NCBI GenBank assembly: GCA_964504195.1
Contig: CAZDDI010000005.1
Span: forward strand, 1,175 to 65,174
Length of the DNA: 64,000 nucleotides
Reading direction: 5' to 3'
Source of the DNA: an uncultured Anaerolineales bacterium
Lineage (GTDB): Bacteria > Chloroflexota > Anaerolineae > B4-G1 > SLSP01
Part shown: positions 36,929 to 45,153 of the stretch, one piece after another
Layout: the number at the start of each line of letters is the position of its first letter
How positions within the stretch are numbered: position 1 is the first letter of the stretch
The notes under the pieces: model-generated
The model's database searches: none
What the model was told of the DNA's origin: nothing
The model's input: only the letters and a program-made list of their open reading frames with translations
Position numbers and translations under genes: made by a program

Positions 36929-38532
36929 GGCATGGCTCAGAATCAGTTTGACACTTGGCAAACCGGCAGAAGCCCCGATAATACCGCTAACTTGAAGGGG
37001 GAGGGCTGGGCCATGGCAGCACGAAAATCTTTGTCGGTGACAGAGCGGCGGACGATTGCGGTAAAGATGTTGGACCCGGAACGCCCGCGCGGCACCCCCG
37101 GGCAATTGGCTGAGCAGTATAACCTGAGCCGACAGATGACGTACTATCTGGCGGATCGCGCGGAAAGGGCATTGGACGCGGCCCTGACGCCCCGCTCGGG
37201 GCCAGAGCCGCAGGATACGGTCATCACTGTCACCCCCGCGCGGTTGCGCCGGGCGGTGACCTTGGCGGCGTTGGTGGGCGTGTCGCAACGAGACACCCAG
37301 CTGCTCCTGGCGGAAGTGTTGGACACGCAACGCTCGACAGGGTATGTGGCCCAGGTCCTGGCGCAGGCAGAGCACTTGGCTGCCGCGCGCAACGGCGAAC
37401 TCCAGCTGCCCTTGGCAGGATTGCTGGCCGCGGATGAGCTCTTCTTGCACGCGCAACCGATTCTGGGCGTGGTGCAGCCGGCCAGTTTGTTTATTGCGGA
37501 TCTGCGGCTGACGGCCCACCGCGACGGGACGACGTGGGGCTGCACATTTCTCGACTTACCCGAGGTCGCAGGGGTGATTAGTGATGCTGGAGCGGGCTTG
37601 GCGGCCGGGGGTACCCTGGCCGCAGTTCCCTGTCAGGTGGGGGATTGGTTTCACCCGTTGCTGCAAGCGGCGTATATTGAAGCACAATACGAGCGGCAGG
37701 CTTATGCGGCCTTGGCCAAAGTCTATGCGCGGGAGGAGCAGTTGGCTCAGACCACCACTACGAAACGCTGGGAAAACCATTGGCAACAATACCTGCGTGA
37801 GGACGCCGTCGCCGCCCAAGCCATTGAGCGCTATGACCAATGGCGGCTGTTGCGGTGGCAGTTGCGCGCGTTGGCGGGGCAGTTTGACTGGGATACCGGG
37901 GCGGTACGTCAGCCGGAGACGGTGCAAGCGCACCTGCTGCTGCTGGCCGACCGCTTGGCCCCGTGGGCCGTGGGCACGCTGGCTCAGGCGCTGGTCCGCT
38001 TGCTGCGCACCCAAGCCGCAGCCTTGACCGTGGGACTGCCGCAACTGGCCCAAGCCCTGCAGCCGTTGGCGCAAGCTTGGGGAGCAGAGGCCGTCCGTGT
38101 GGTCTGCCGCCTGAGCCAAGCGTTGCACGAAGCTGCCTGTCCGGCCTGGTTGCCAGCGCAACGCCGCCACCTGGAACAGGCCATCACAGAGAGCCTCGCT
38201 TGGGCCAGTGCCTACCTGGGGCCCCATCTGGCGACCCTGCAACGCCTGCTGGCGGCCATCTTGGCCTACTGGCCGCGCACCAGCAGTGCCATCGAGTGCC
38301 TGAATAGCCTGTTGCGCCCGTATTTGAACGGCCGCAAGCAGGTCGATCAAGGGTTTCTGGACCTCTTCCGTTTCTATCATAACACCCATTGCTTTGTGCG
38401 GGGCAAGCGTGCGGGGGCCACGCCCCTGGAATTGGCCGGTGGTCCGGCGATTCCCGACCCGCTCGCCTTCCTCGGCCTCGGAGCAAAATCCTGATTTGTC
38501 AAACTGACTTCCCTAGGGTTTTGAGCCATGCC
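36929..38532 (+). mobile_element. Complete insertion sequence, tentatively IS256-like, with perfect 8-bp target-site duplication
   Basis: IRL GGCATGGCTCAGAATCAGTTTGACAC and IRR (reverse complement) GGCATGGCTCAAAACCCTAGGGAAGTCAGTTTGACA. Flanking direct repeat CGTTTTTT at 36921-36928 and 38533-38540. The body is GC-rich inside the AT-rich island. Confidence 0.7.
37010..38494 (+). CDS. Transposase (C-terminal TSSAIECLNSLLR resembles the IS256/mutator TTNxIExLN signature)
   Basis: Annotated ORF is 36932..38494. The ATG at 37010 has a GGGGGAGGG Shine-Dalgarno. N-terminal HTH-like segment. Confidence 0.65.
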   Translation, partial: AMAARKSLSVTERRTIAVKMLDPERPRGTPGQLAEQYNLSRQMTYYLADRAERALDAALTPRSGPEPQDTVITVTPARLRRAVTLAALVGVSQRDTQLLLAEVLDTQRSTGYVAQVLAQAEHLAAARNGELQLPLAGLLAADELFLHAQPILGVVQPASLFIADLRLTAHRDGTTWGCTFLDLPEVAGVISDAGAGLAAGGTLAAVPCQVGDWFHPLLQAAYIEAQYERQAYAALAKVYAREEQLAQTTTTKRWENHWQQYLREDAVAAQAIERYDQWRLLRWQLRALAGQFDWDTGAVRQPETVQAHLLLLADRLAPWAVGTLAQALVRLLRTQAAALTVGLPQLAQALQPLAQAWGAEAVRVVCRLSQALHEAACPAWLPAQRRHLEQAITESLAWASAYLGPHLATLQRLLAAILAYWPRTSSAIECLNSLLRPYLNGRKQVDQGFLDLFRFYHNTHCFVRGKRAGATPLELAGGPAIPDPLAFLGLGAKS

Positions 38533-40019
38533 CGTTTTTTGACTTCGAATTTTTTCTTGTTCTTGTGTATAGACCCTACCCATCCCGCCGCCAGTAACAT
38601 GCACCGTTGGGTCGCTTAATAATATTGTTTGGCACGCAAAAAGTTATTCGTTAAGAAAAGTGGTAATTCTTTATGTGTAACTTTTTTGAGGGGGTTTTAC
38701 TAGGATATCTTGAAGCAGCATTTAGAGCATGGAAAGACATGTTATTTGAAGAATTCTCTTGAAAGAAGTTTTTCTGTTCACCATTGATTGTTGCGTTATG
38801 GGTAATTATTCTAGGTCCTATGGTTGTTCCCTGATGGTCACTACATATTAGACATTATCGGAAATAAGGATTTGCAACTTGAATCATAAAATGTTCATAG
38901 TAAATTTTTAGCAATATAATACAAGGTTGTATTTGCGGTGTACTCACCCCATTTTAAGCAGGGAACATACTCTTATTCTTGCGCTATCACATAAAAAAAC
39001 AATCTTTACTACAAAACCTTTCACAAGGTGTGCCCCGCGAGATTTATTGCCTCATTGTCACATTATCAAGGATATTTTAAGCGGTATTACCACAGATTTT
39101 TAAGAAATAGCGATGGAGTTCTTCATAGATTGCACAACTTGTTTATTTTATTGCGCAAGATAAGATATTTCGTTTTATTTTTAATTTGCGTGGAATATCA
39201 AAAAATTATTTAAGATAATGTCTATTGATTGGAGCCAGCGCAGTAGGAATGGAGCGGATTACCTTGAAACATGGAAAGCGTTATTACGAAAGCCTCCTAG
39301 TAAATTTATGCAAAAAGAAAGAGATACTAGATGGTTACTCAAAAAAAATAACTCGCTTCTTAAGTTGTGGAGATAATTAACAGCCACTGATATCAAACAG
39401 AGTTATGTGAATAGTTTCTCAAAGCGACAGATTTACATATCTAATTCTATATCAGATTAAGTAATAAATATAGTTTGCGTATTTTAAAAATAATCTTTAA
39501 ATGAAGAAAATCACAGTAATAGGAAGTGGTAATGTCGGCGGTTCTATAGCCCAACGGCTTGCAGATGCGGGGGGAGTTAATATTGTCCTGGTTGACAGAC
39601 TTGGGGATTTAGCGCGAGGAAAAAGCCTTGACCTTTATGAGTCCCTGCCCCTTATTGGTATAGATACTGATATCGTTGGTACTTCAAATTATGAGGAGAC
39701 AGCAGAATCGGATGTTGTAATCATCACAGCAGGCATTCCGCGCAAATCGAAAATGACGAGGAATGATTTACTGGATTCGAATGCGGAAATTGTTGCGGAG
39801 TGTGTATCGGCAGCTATCGAGTATTCTCCCAATAGTATTTTACTCATAGTAACTAACCCAGTATGTGCTATGTCTCATGTGGCTTACATCGCCAGCAAAT
39901 TCCCCAAACAACGTGTTATTGGGTTGTCTGGTTTGTTAGATACATCACGTATGAGAGCTTTTATAGCTACCGAAATTGGTGTTTCTGTGGAGAGCATTCA
40001 GGCACTTGTAATAGGTGAC

Positions 40020-41212
40020 CTAGCCACCGGACACTTTTTTCAAAAGTACGGTAGCCAGTAGATACGGAACGTCTCTTCATTGGTAATGTGGCGATTGACC
40101 ATCTCCAAACCAATGCGGAAAATGCTCAAATCCCGGCGGTCGGCCCGGTCGACCAGATACCGCTGACTGTTTTTGATGACCCGGGAACCATAGGCGATGA
40201 GCCACAGGTAGACCAAGACCACCCCTAAAGTCAGGCGGGAGAGGCGCAAAAAATGGCGGAGTTGGGTGCTTTCTAAATCAAAACCGTGCCCCTTGAGATC
40301 GCCAAACAGCTCCTCAATCCACATCCGTTTGCGGTACAAGCGCAAGGCTGCGCGGAGATCGGGAAAATTGGTCGCCAAGAGCCAGGGGTGAGCTTCTCCG
40401 GGCTGCCAATAAGCGGCCAGGTTGACGTGATAGGCGTGCTTGTGGGTCAGCTGGGCTTGGGGGTGCCACACCTGTTGGCGCCAGCGCGTGATCAGGGTTG
40501 CAAAGGGCTGCCACCCGCCCTGAGGCTGGACTTGGACCTGGGTATCGCGGGCTTGGCGCAAGACATATTTCCAACCCACGCGGTCTAACCATTTTAATAC
40601 CGCTACTGCGCCAAATTCACCGTCTCCCGCCAGATACACTTGTGCGCCGGCGGGCATTAAGCTGTGAACGTAGGCCAGCAAGGCTATTTGTTTCCGGCCA
40701 CTACTGTGCCCGCGCGGGCCTTGCACCCACGTCCAGGCGATAGGAATGGCCCGCCGCCGATAAGCGACTGCCACCATCAGCAGTTGGTGATTAAAGCCAA
40801 TTTTGCTGCCATCGAGCAACAACCGAATCGGCAGGCCCTGGGCGACGATTTCAGCCAAGATGTTTTCCGCGAGTGGGCGATACCAAGCGCGCACGCGAAT
40901 GGCCGGGTTGTCCAGCAGCCGGCGGATTTTGCGGGTCTTGCTGGGATTGGTGGCCGGGCCCGGAATTTCCTTCGCCACCTTGTACAGGTATACCGACCCG
41001 CAAAAGAACAGGCCCATCAAGAACTGGGCGAAGACTTTTAAGCGGCCCTGATGTTCATCCGGCAACCAGGTTGCCAAATCCGCGTGTAGTTGATGTGCTA
41101 ATTGACTGCGTGCATTCATAGAACCTCCTTGCAAGATTATGCTTATTTATAACCATATAATTATTGTTTATCTTTGTCAAGTCATTCCTGACAAAAAGTG
41201 TCCGGTGGCTAG
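40020..41212 (-). mobile_element. IS4-family insertion sequence (1193 bp) with 20-bp terminal IRs and 9-bp target-site duplication
   Basis: IRs are CTAGCCACCGGACACTTTTT at 40020 and the reverse complement ending at 41212. Direct repeat ATAGGTGAC at 40011-40019 and 41213-41221. Confidence 0.8.
40040..41134 (-). CDS. IS4-family DDE transposase
   Basis: YRKRMWIEELFGDLK matches the IS4 Y-x2-R-x3-E-x6-K signature. 364 aa. GC-rich. Confidence 0.8.
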   Translation of the reverse strand: MQGGSMNARSQLAHQLHADLATWLPDEHQGRLKVFAQFLMGLFFCGSVYLYKVAKEIPGPATNPSKTRKIRRLLDNPAIRVRAWYRPLAENILAEIVAQGLPIRLLLDGSKIGFNHQLLMVAVAYRRRAIPIAWTWVQGPRGHSSGRKQIALLAYVHSLMPAGAQVYLAGDGEFGAVAVLKWLDRVGWKYVLRQARDTQVQVQPQGGWQPFATLITRWRQQVWHPQAQLTHKHAYHVNLAAYWQPGEAHPWLLATNFPDLRAALRLYRKRMWIEELFGDLKGHGFDLESTQLRHFLRLSRLTLGVVLVYLWLIAYGSRVIKNSQRYLVDRADRRDLSIFRIGLEMVNRHITNEETFRIYWLPYF

Positions 41213-41955
41213 ATAGGTGACCATAGTGACAACATGCTACCCCTTACAAATTATTCCAATATTGCAGGTATTCCTCTCTCTGAGATAATGACCGGAGAAC
41301 AGATAGAGCGAGTTATAGTTCATACTAAAAATAGCGGAACCGAAATTGTAAATTTGTTAAAGACGGGAAGTGCTTATTACGCCCCTTCGGCTGCTGTGCT
41401 TGAGATCGTGGACTCCATTTTGAAAGACAAGAAAAAAATACTTCCTTGTGCGGTTTATCTAGAAGGCGAATTTGGAATCAATGATACCTTTATTGGGGTA
41501 CCGGCAAAAATCGGTAGGGGTGGTGTGGAACAAGTCTTCGAAATCATCCTTAGTATGGACGAAATAACATTGTTACAAAAGTCAGCGAATTCCATAAAGC
41601 AAATTGTTAATACACTAGGTCGGGTGGGGTGATGAAAGTGGTGGATCCAAACTGGGTCTTTAACTGCCTTCGGCGACGCGGGACGCGCCGCCGAAACTTG
41701 GATGAAACCGGCCAGCTCCTCGGCATGCAAGCGACTTTTGGCTGGCGACTTACCCGTCGCTTCATTCGACAGCTTTGCCCGCCACTTGCGCGCGCTGTGT
41801 GTGACTCAAAAACTAACTCAAGAGACCTGCTCTAGTGTACTGGACTTTCTATTCGAAAAAATCACTTTGCTATCACTCTCTATCCCATGCTACAATAAAA
41901 CCATAACACTGTAACCAACGCTCACCGCAGGAACCTCCATGCCTGCACATCCAAA

Positions 41956-42002
41956 GGGGAGGCCGCGACAATGCCCGGTATTGTTGCGACCTCCCCTTTT
42001 TT
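41956..42002 (+). terminator. Rho-independent terminator
   Basis: GGGGAGGCCGCGACAAT...ATTGTTGCGACCTCCCC followed by TTTTTT, at the right edge of the AT-rich island. Confidence 0.6.
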
Positions 42003-42035
42003 GTTGTCCCCAATCCCATACCCAGGAGTCACAAC

Positions 42036-42587
42036 ATGCCCAAAGTCATTCCCTTGCTCATCCTCATCGCCCTGGCCCTGCTCTGGCCCGGCTGCACCCC
42101 CACGCCGCCGCCCGGCGATGCCCTCCCCCCGCATCCCATCGTCGTCGCCACGCCCACGCCGGGCGCGGCGCAGCTCCGCGTCACCCGCGCTATCACCCAG
42201 GCCAATACGCCGCTGCCCACTGCAAGCAGCGCGCTGACCCTGACCGCGCCTCTGTCCTTGCATCTCGCGGTCCCGCCGCCCGGTATCCGCGTCATCGTCA
42301 CTGCCGAGGTGCAGAACACCGGCGCGGCTGCGCTCGCCCTGCCCCGCGCCGAGTTCACCCTGCACGATAACGCCGGGCAAGTCTACAGCCGCGATCGCGC
42401 CGCAGAACTGGCCCTGCTCGATACCCCGCTGCTCGCGGAGCACTCCCTGCCGCCCGGCGCACAAGCCACAGGCGCGCTGGTTTTCGCCGTCAGCCAGGAG
42501 TACGCGCCGCCGCTGCGCCTGGTAACGCGACTCCCCGGCAGCCCGCCGCTTATGTCCACCTCGTTCACGCTTGAGGAGGAGAACTGA
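42036..42587 (+). CDS. Lipoprotein (signal peptide + lipobox Cys), hypothetical
   Basis: MPKVIPLLILIALALLWPGC signal peptide. Pro/Ala-rich linker. CCAGGAG Shine-Dalgarno. Confidence 0.55.
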   Translation: MPKVIPLLILIALALLWPGCTPTPPPGDALPPHPIVVATPTPGAAQLRVTRAITQANTPLPTASSALTLTAPLSLHLAVPPPGIRVIVTAEVQNTGAAALALPRAEFTLHDNAGQVYSRDRAAELALLDTPLLAEHSLPPGAQATGALVFAVSQEYAPPLRLVTRLPGSPPLMSTSFTLEEEN

Positions 42588-42588
42588 G

Positions 42589-43248
42589 ATGCGCCACGTC
42601 CTGTGCATTGCCCCCCAAGAGAGTCAGGCCGAAGCCTTGAGCGCCGCCCTCGCCAGCGTGCCGGAGGTGCTGGTCGTCGGTATCTGTGATCCAGCGCAGG
42701 CCGCGCAACTGGCCCGCGTGGTCGGCGCGGATTTGCTCGTCGCCAGCCATGACGTAGCCTTGCCCGACACTGGTTTGCCCGTGTTCACTGCGCCGGAAGA
42801 TGCTGATCCGGCGGAAGCGTTGCAAGCCTACCTGGAAGCACACGCTAAGCCTGCGCCAGAATCTCCACCAGCGACACCCCGTCTGCCCTTTGCGCCGGTG
42901 ACGCGGCAAGTGCGCCTGGGCTTCTACGGCGTGCGCGGCGGCGTGGGCGTGACCACGGCTGCTGTCACCGCCGCCAAACTGCTGGCCGCACAGGGACAGC
43001 GCGTGGCGCTCTACGATGCCGCCCAACGCGGCGACCCGTACCTGCTGCTGGGCCTCACGCCGTCCGCTCAACCCGCCAGCGCGGAGGGGATCACGGTCTA
43101 CCCCGCGCTGCCCACCGCCGACGCTGAGGCCGCCGCGGCCAGCATCATTGATGGCGGACGGGAACGCCGGCTGTTTCCGGCGCGCTGGCTGGCGCTGGAG
43201 CACCCTCTGGCGGAAGCCGAAATTGCCAAACTGCTGGGATTAGCCTAA
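42589..43248 (+). CDS. CpaE/TadZ-like protein, degenerate (receiver-like N-domain + partial deviant P-loop)
   Basis: GVRGGVGVTT resembles the CpaE GxKGGVGKTT loop but the protein is short. GGAGGAG Shine-Dalgarno at MRHVL. Confidence 0.45.
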   Translation: MRHVLCIAPQESQAEALSAALASVPEVLVVGICDPAQAAQLARVVGADLLVASHDVALPDTGLPVFTAPEDADPAEALQAYLEAHAKPAPESPPATPRLPFAPVTRQVRLGFYGVRGGVGVTTAAVTAAKLLAAQGQRVALYDAAQRGDPYLLLGLTPSAQPASAEGITVYPALPTADAEAAAASIIDGGRERRLFPARWLALEHPLAEAEIAKLLGLA

Positions 43249-43256
43249 AACTCGAC

Positions 43257-43286
43257 TTGCATCCGCCCCCGGCGGTATGGTATAGT
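43257..43286 (+). promoter_or_regulatory. Sigma-70-like promoter with extended -10
   Basis: TTGCAT (43257-43262), 18-nt spacer, TGgTATAGT (43278-43286). Confidence 0.4.
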
Positions 43287-43292
43287 AAAAGA

Positions 43293-43487
43293 GGCGCGCA
43301 GGAACGGCCTGCGTCGCCCCGCGGGATGCCGTAAAGCGCACCCGTAATACACGCAGAGCGGGAATCCTACCAGCCCGCTGGCCCGGTGGCGCCGCGTAAA
43401 CCGCGCGCTCGGGCAATTCACTATAGGGGAGGCCCAGGACTGCCCGGAGTAATCCACTCCGGCACAGTCCGGGCCTCCCCATTTTTG
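43293..43487 (+). ncRNA. Candidate ~195-nt small RNA or terminated 5' leader (promoter to intrinsic terminator)
   Basis: Bounded upstream by the promoter above. Ends in a long hairpin GGGGAGGCCCAGGACTGCCCGGAGT-aatcc-ACTCCGGCACAGTCCGGGCCTCCCC (43427-43480) followed by ATTTTT. No credible ORF on either strand. Confidence 0.35.
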
Positions 43488-43529
43488 TAGCTATTCGCCA
43501 TCCAGTCCTGTTACGGAGTGTAGCCGGGG

Positions 43530-44081
43530 ATGTTATTGCTGAGCATCGGCGCCAAAGGCGGCTTAGGTACCACCACACTGGCCTATCAGATTAGCCAGTG
43601 CGCGGGAGCGCTGCCGCTGGACGCTGCCGACGGGCAACTGCTCCGGTGGGTGGGTGGGGCCGGCCTGGACCTGAGCGCCGTCCCGCAGTGGACCGCCAGC
43701 CGGCGCAGCCGCGCGGTCGAGCACCTCATCCGCACCCGGCCCGCGCTGCTGTGGACGCCCGCGTGTAACGTGTGGGCGGCGGCGGTGGCCGCCTTTGTGC
43801 GCGACCTGGCCGCCGTCGGGCACGTCAGTGTAGATGGCGGCCTGGCCCCGCCCGCGCCGCTGGTAGACCTGGCGACCGTCATCCTCATCGTCAGCAGCGA
43901 TGATCCAGTCGCACGCTGGCACGAACAACGCCTCAAACAACAGTGGCCGCAGGCGCGCGCCCTGGTCGGCGATGTCCAGGCCGCGGCGCCCGCCCTGGTG
44001 GAGCAATTACTGGGCGTCCCGCCGCGGCAAGCCTGGTGGAAGCAAGCCCGCTCCTGGCGGCCCACAGGGAAAAACGCCTGA
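43530..44081 (+). CDS. ParA/CpaE-like degenerate ATPase-domain protein
   Basis: N-terminal IGAKGGLGTTTLA deviant Walker A. 183 aa. Confidence 0.4.
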   Translation: MLLLSIGAKGGLGTTTLAYQISQCAGALPLDAADGQLLRWVGGAGLDLSAVPQWTASRRSRAVEHLIRTRPALLWTPACNVWAAAVAAFVRDLAAVGHVSVDGGLAPPAPLVDLATVILIVSSDDPVARWHEQRLKQQWPQARALVGDVQAAAPALVEQLLGVPPRQAWWKQARSWRPTGKNA

Positions 44082-44117
44082 ACCGGCTTTCCCTTTACGC
44101 AATAATCTGGAGGAAAT

Positions 44118-45029
44118 ATGCGCATTTTGAAATCCATTCAATTCTGGCTCGGTCTGCTCCTCGTCGGCGGGGCCTTTGTGGGCGTCCTGCTCTTCGCCCA
44201 ACTCACTACCCCGCCCACTTACGAAGTCGCCATTGCGACCCAGGACATCCCGGCGTATACCACGCTGCAAGACGCCTACACCTACGGCTACATTGTCTTG
44301 GATCGGCAGTCGTTCAGCCCGTCCTTGCTGCAAGTGGTGGTGTCGCCAGCCGCGCTGCAAGCCATGCTGGCCGATGGGGTCTTCGTCGAGACGGTGCGCG
44401 CGGGCGACGTGCTGAACCGGGGGCGCATCGCCACCGGGGAGAATGCGGAGAAAGTCCGCCGCCTGGCCCTGGCGCTCACTGACCCCGCGTTGGTCATCAA
44501 GTCCATCCCGGTCAGCGCCCAGAGCACGCCGTATATCGCCGTGGGCGATCTGGTAGACCTCTACGCGACGCTGGGCAGCGTGCGCGCCACGGAGTTAGCC
44601 ACAGCGACCGTGTTGCCCCTACCGCCCCACGTCACCCCACCGCCACCGACGCCCGCACCGCCACCAGATTTCGCGGTGTTGCTCCAGCCCGTGACCCTGA
44701 CGCTGCAATTGCCCGTGACCAAGCGGGTGGTGGGCGGAGCGCTGGTCGTCCGCGTCAACCGCGAGCAAATCCCGAATCCGCAGTACGGCGCGATGACCGC
44801 CGATGGGCAGGCCCCCGCGCCGTTCATCGCCGGCAACGTCATCAGCGTGGATGTGCTCGTCCCGGAGACCTCCGCTGAGGCGCTGGATTGGGCCGTGTTC
44901 AATGGCAAGATGTCCCTCGCCGTGCGGCCCGCGCTGTGGCGCGCGACGCTGGATGCCGGGCAAGCCCTGCCGGAGACGCCAGGATTCGCCTGGGAAGATT
45001 TCAATGCCGTGTTCTGGAGCGGCCGGTAG
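44118..45029 (+). CDS. cpaB: Flp pilus assembly protein CpaB/RcpC (N-terminal transmembrane + SAF domain)
   Basis: GGAGGAAATATG Shine-Dalgarno. N-terminal transmembrane segment, then the CpaB pattern IATQDIPAYTTL... Confidence 0.7.
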   Translation: MRILKSIQFWLGLLLVGGAFVGVLLFAQLTTPPTYEVAIATQDIPAYTTLQDAYTYGYIVLDRQSFSPSLLQVVVSPAALQAMLADGVFVETVRAGDVLNRGRIATGENAEKVRRLALALTDPALVIKSIPVSAQSTPYIAVGDLVDLYATLGSVRATELATATVLPLPPHVTPPPPTPAPPPDFAVLLQPVTLTLQLPVTKRVVGGALVVRVNREQIPNPQYGAMTADGQAPAPFIAGNVISVDVLVPETSAEALDWAVFNGKMSLAVRPALWRATLDAGQALPETPGFAWEDFNAVFWSGR

Positions 45030-45098
45030 TCTAGGTAGCCGGTAGTAGGTAAACGGTAGCAGGCAGACCGTCACTTCGTTTACCTTATTACCCTAATC

Positions 45099-45140
45099 CC
45101 GTCTACCGTCTACCGTCTACCGTCTACCGTCTACCGTGTA
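45099..45140. repeat. (CCGTCTA) heptamer tandem repeat, about 6 copies, 14 bp upstream of cpaE
   Basis: CCGTCTA x5 + CCGTGTA. Preceded (45030-45075) by several copies of the complementary CGGTAG motif, forming a mirrored arrangement. Confidence 0.85.
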
Positions 45141-45153
45141 CTGAGGAGCAGCC

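Larger units (their letters stand above)
39501..41632 (+). pseudogene. mdh: LDH/MDH-family dehydrogenase gene split by an IS4-family insertion (N-fragment 39501-40019, C-fragment 41222-41632)
   Basis: N-terminus MKKITVIGSGNVGGSIA is a Rossmann GxGxxG. C-fragment ...IAGIPLSEIMTGEQIERV... The reading frame is restored as ...ALVIGD|HSDNMLPL... when the IS and one TSD copy are removed. Confidence 0.8.

Noticed and set aside
40286-41121. Plus-strand ORFs inside the IS4 element
   Set aside because: They are antisense to a transposase with a clear family signature.
41971-42370. ORFs 41939..42370 and 41971..42237 overlapping the terminator and lipoprotein gene
   Set aside because: They are out of frame with the well-supported lipoprotein CDS, which has a Shine-Dalgarno and signal peptide, and they run through a terminator hairpin.
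43418-43430. T7-promoter-like TCACTATAGGGGAG string
   Set aside because: Only the 11-nt core matches. It lies inside the terminator stem of the candidate sRNA, and there is no phage context, so it is most likely chance.
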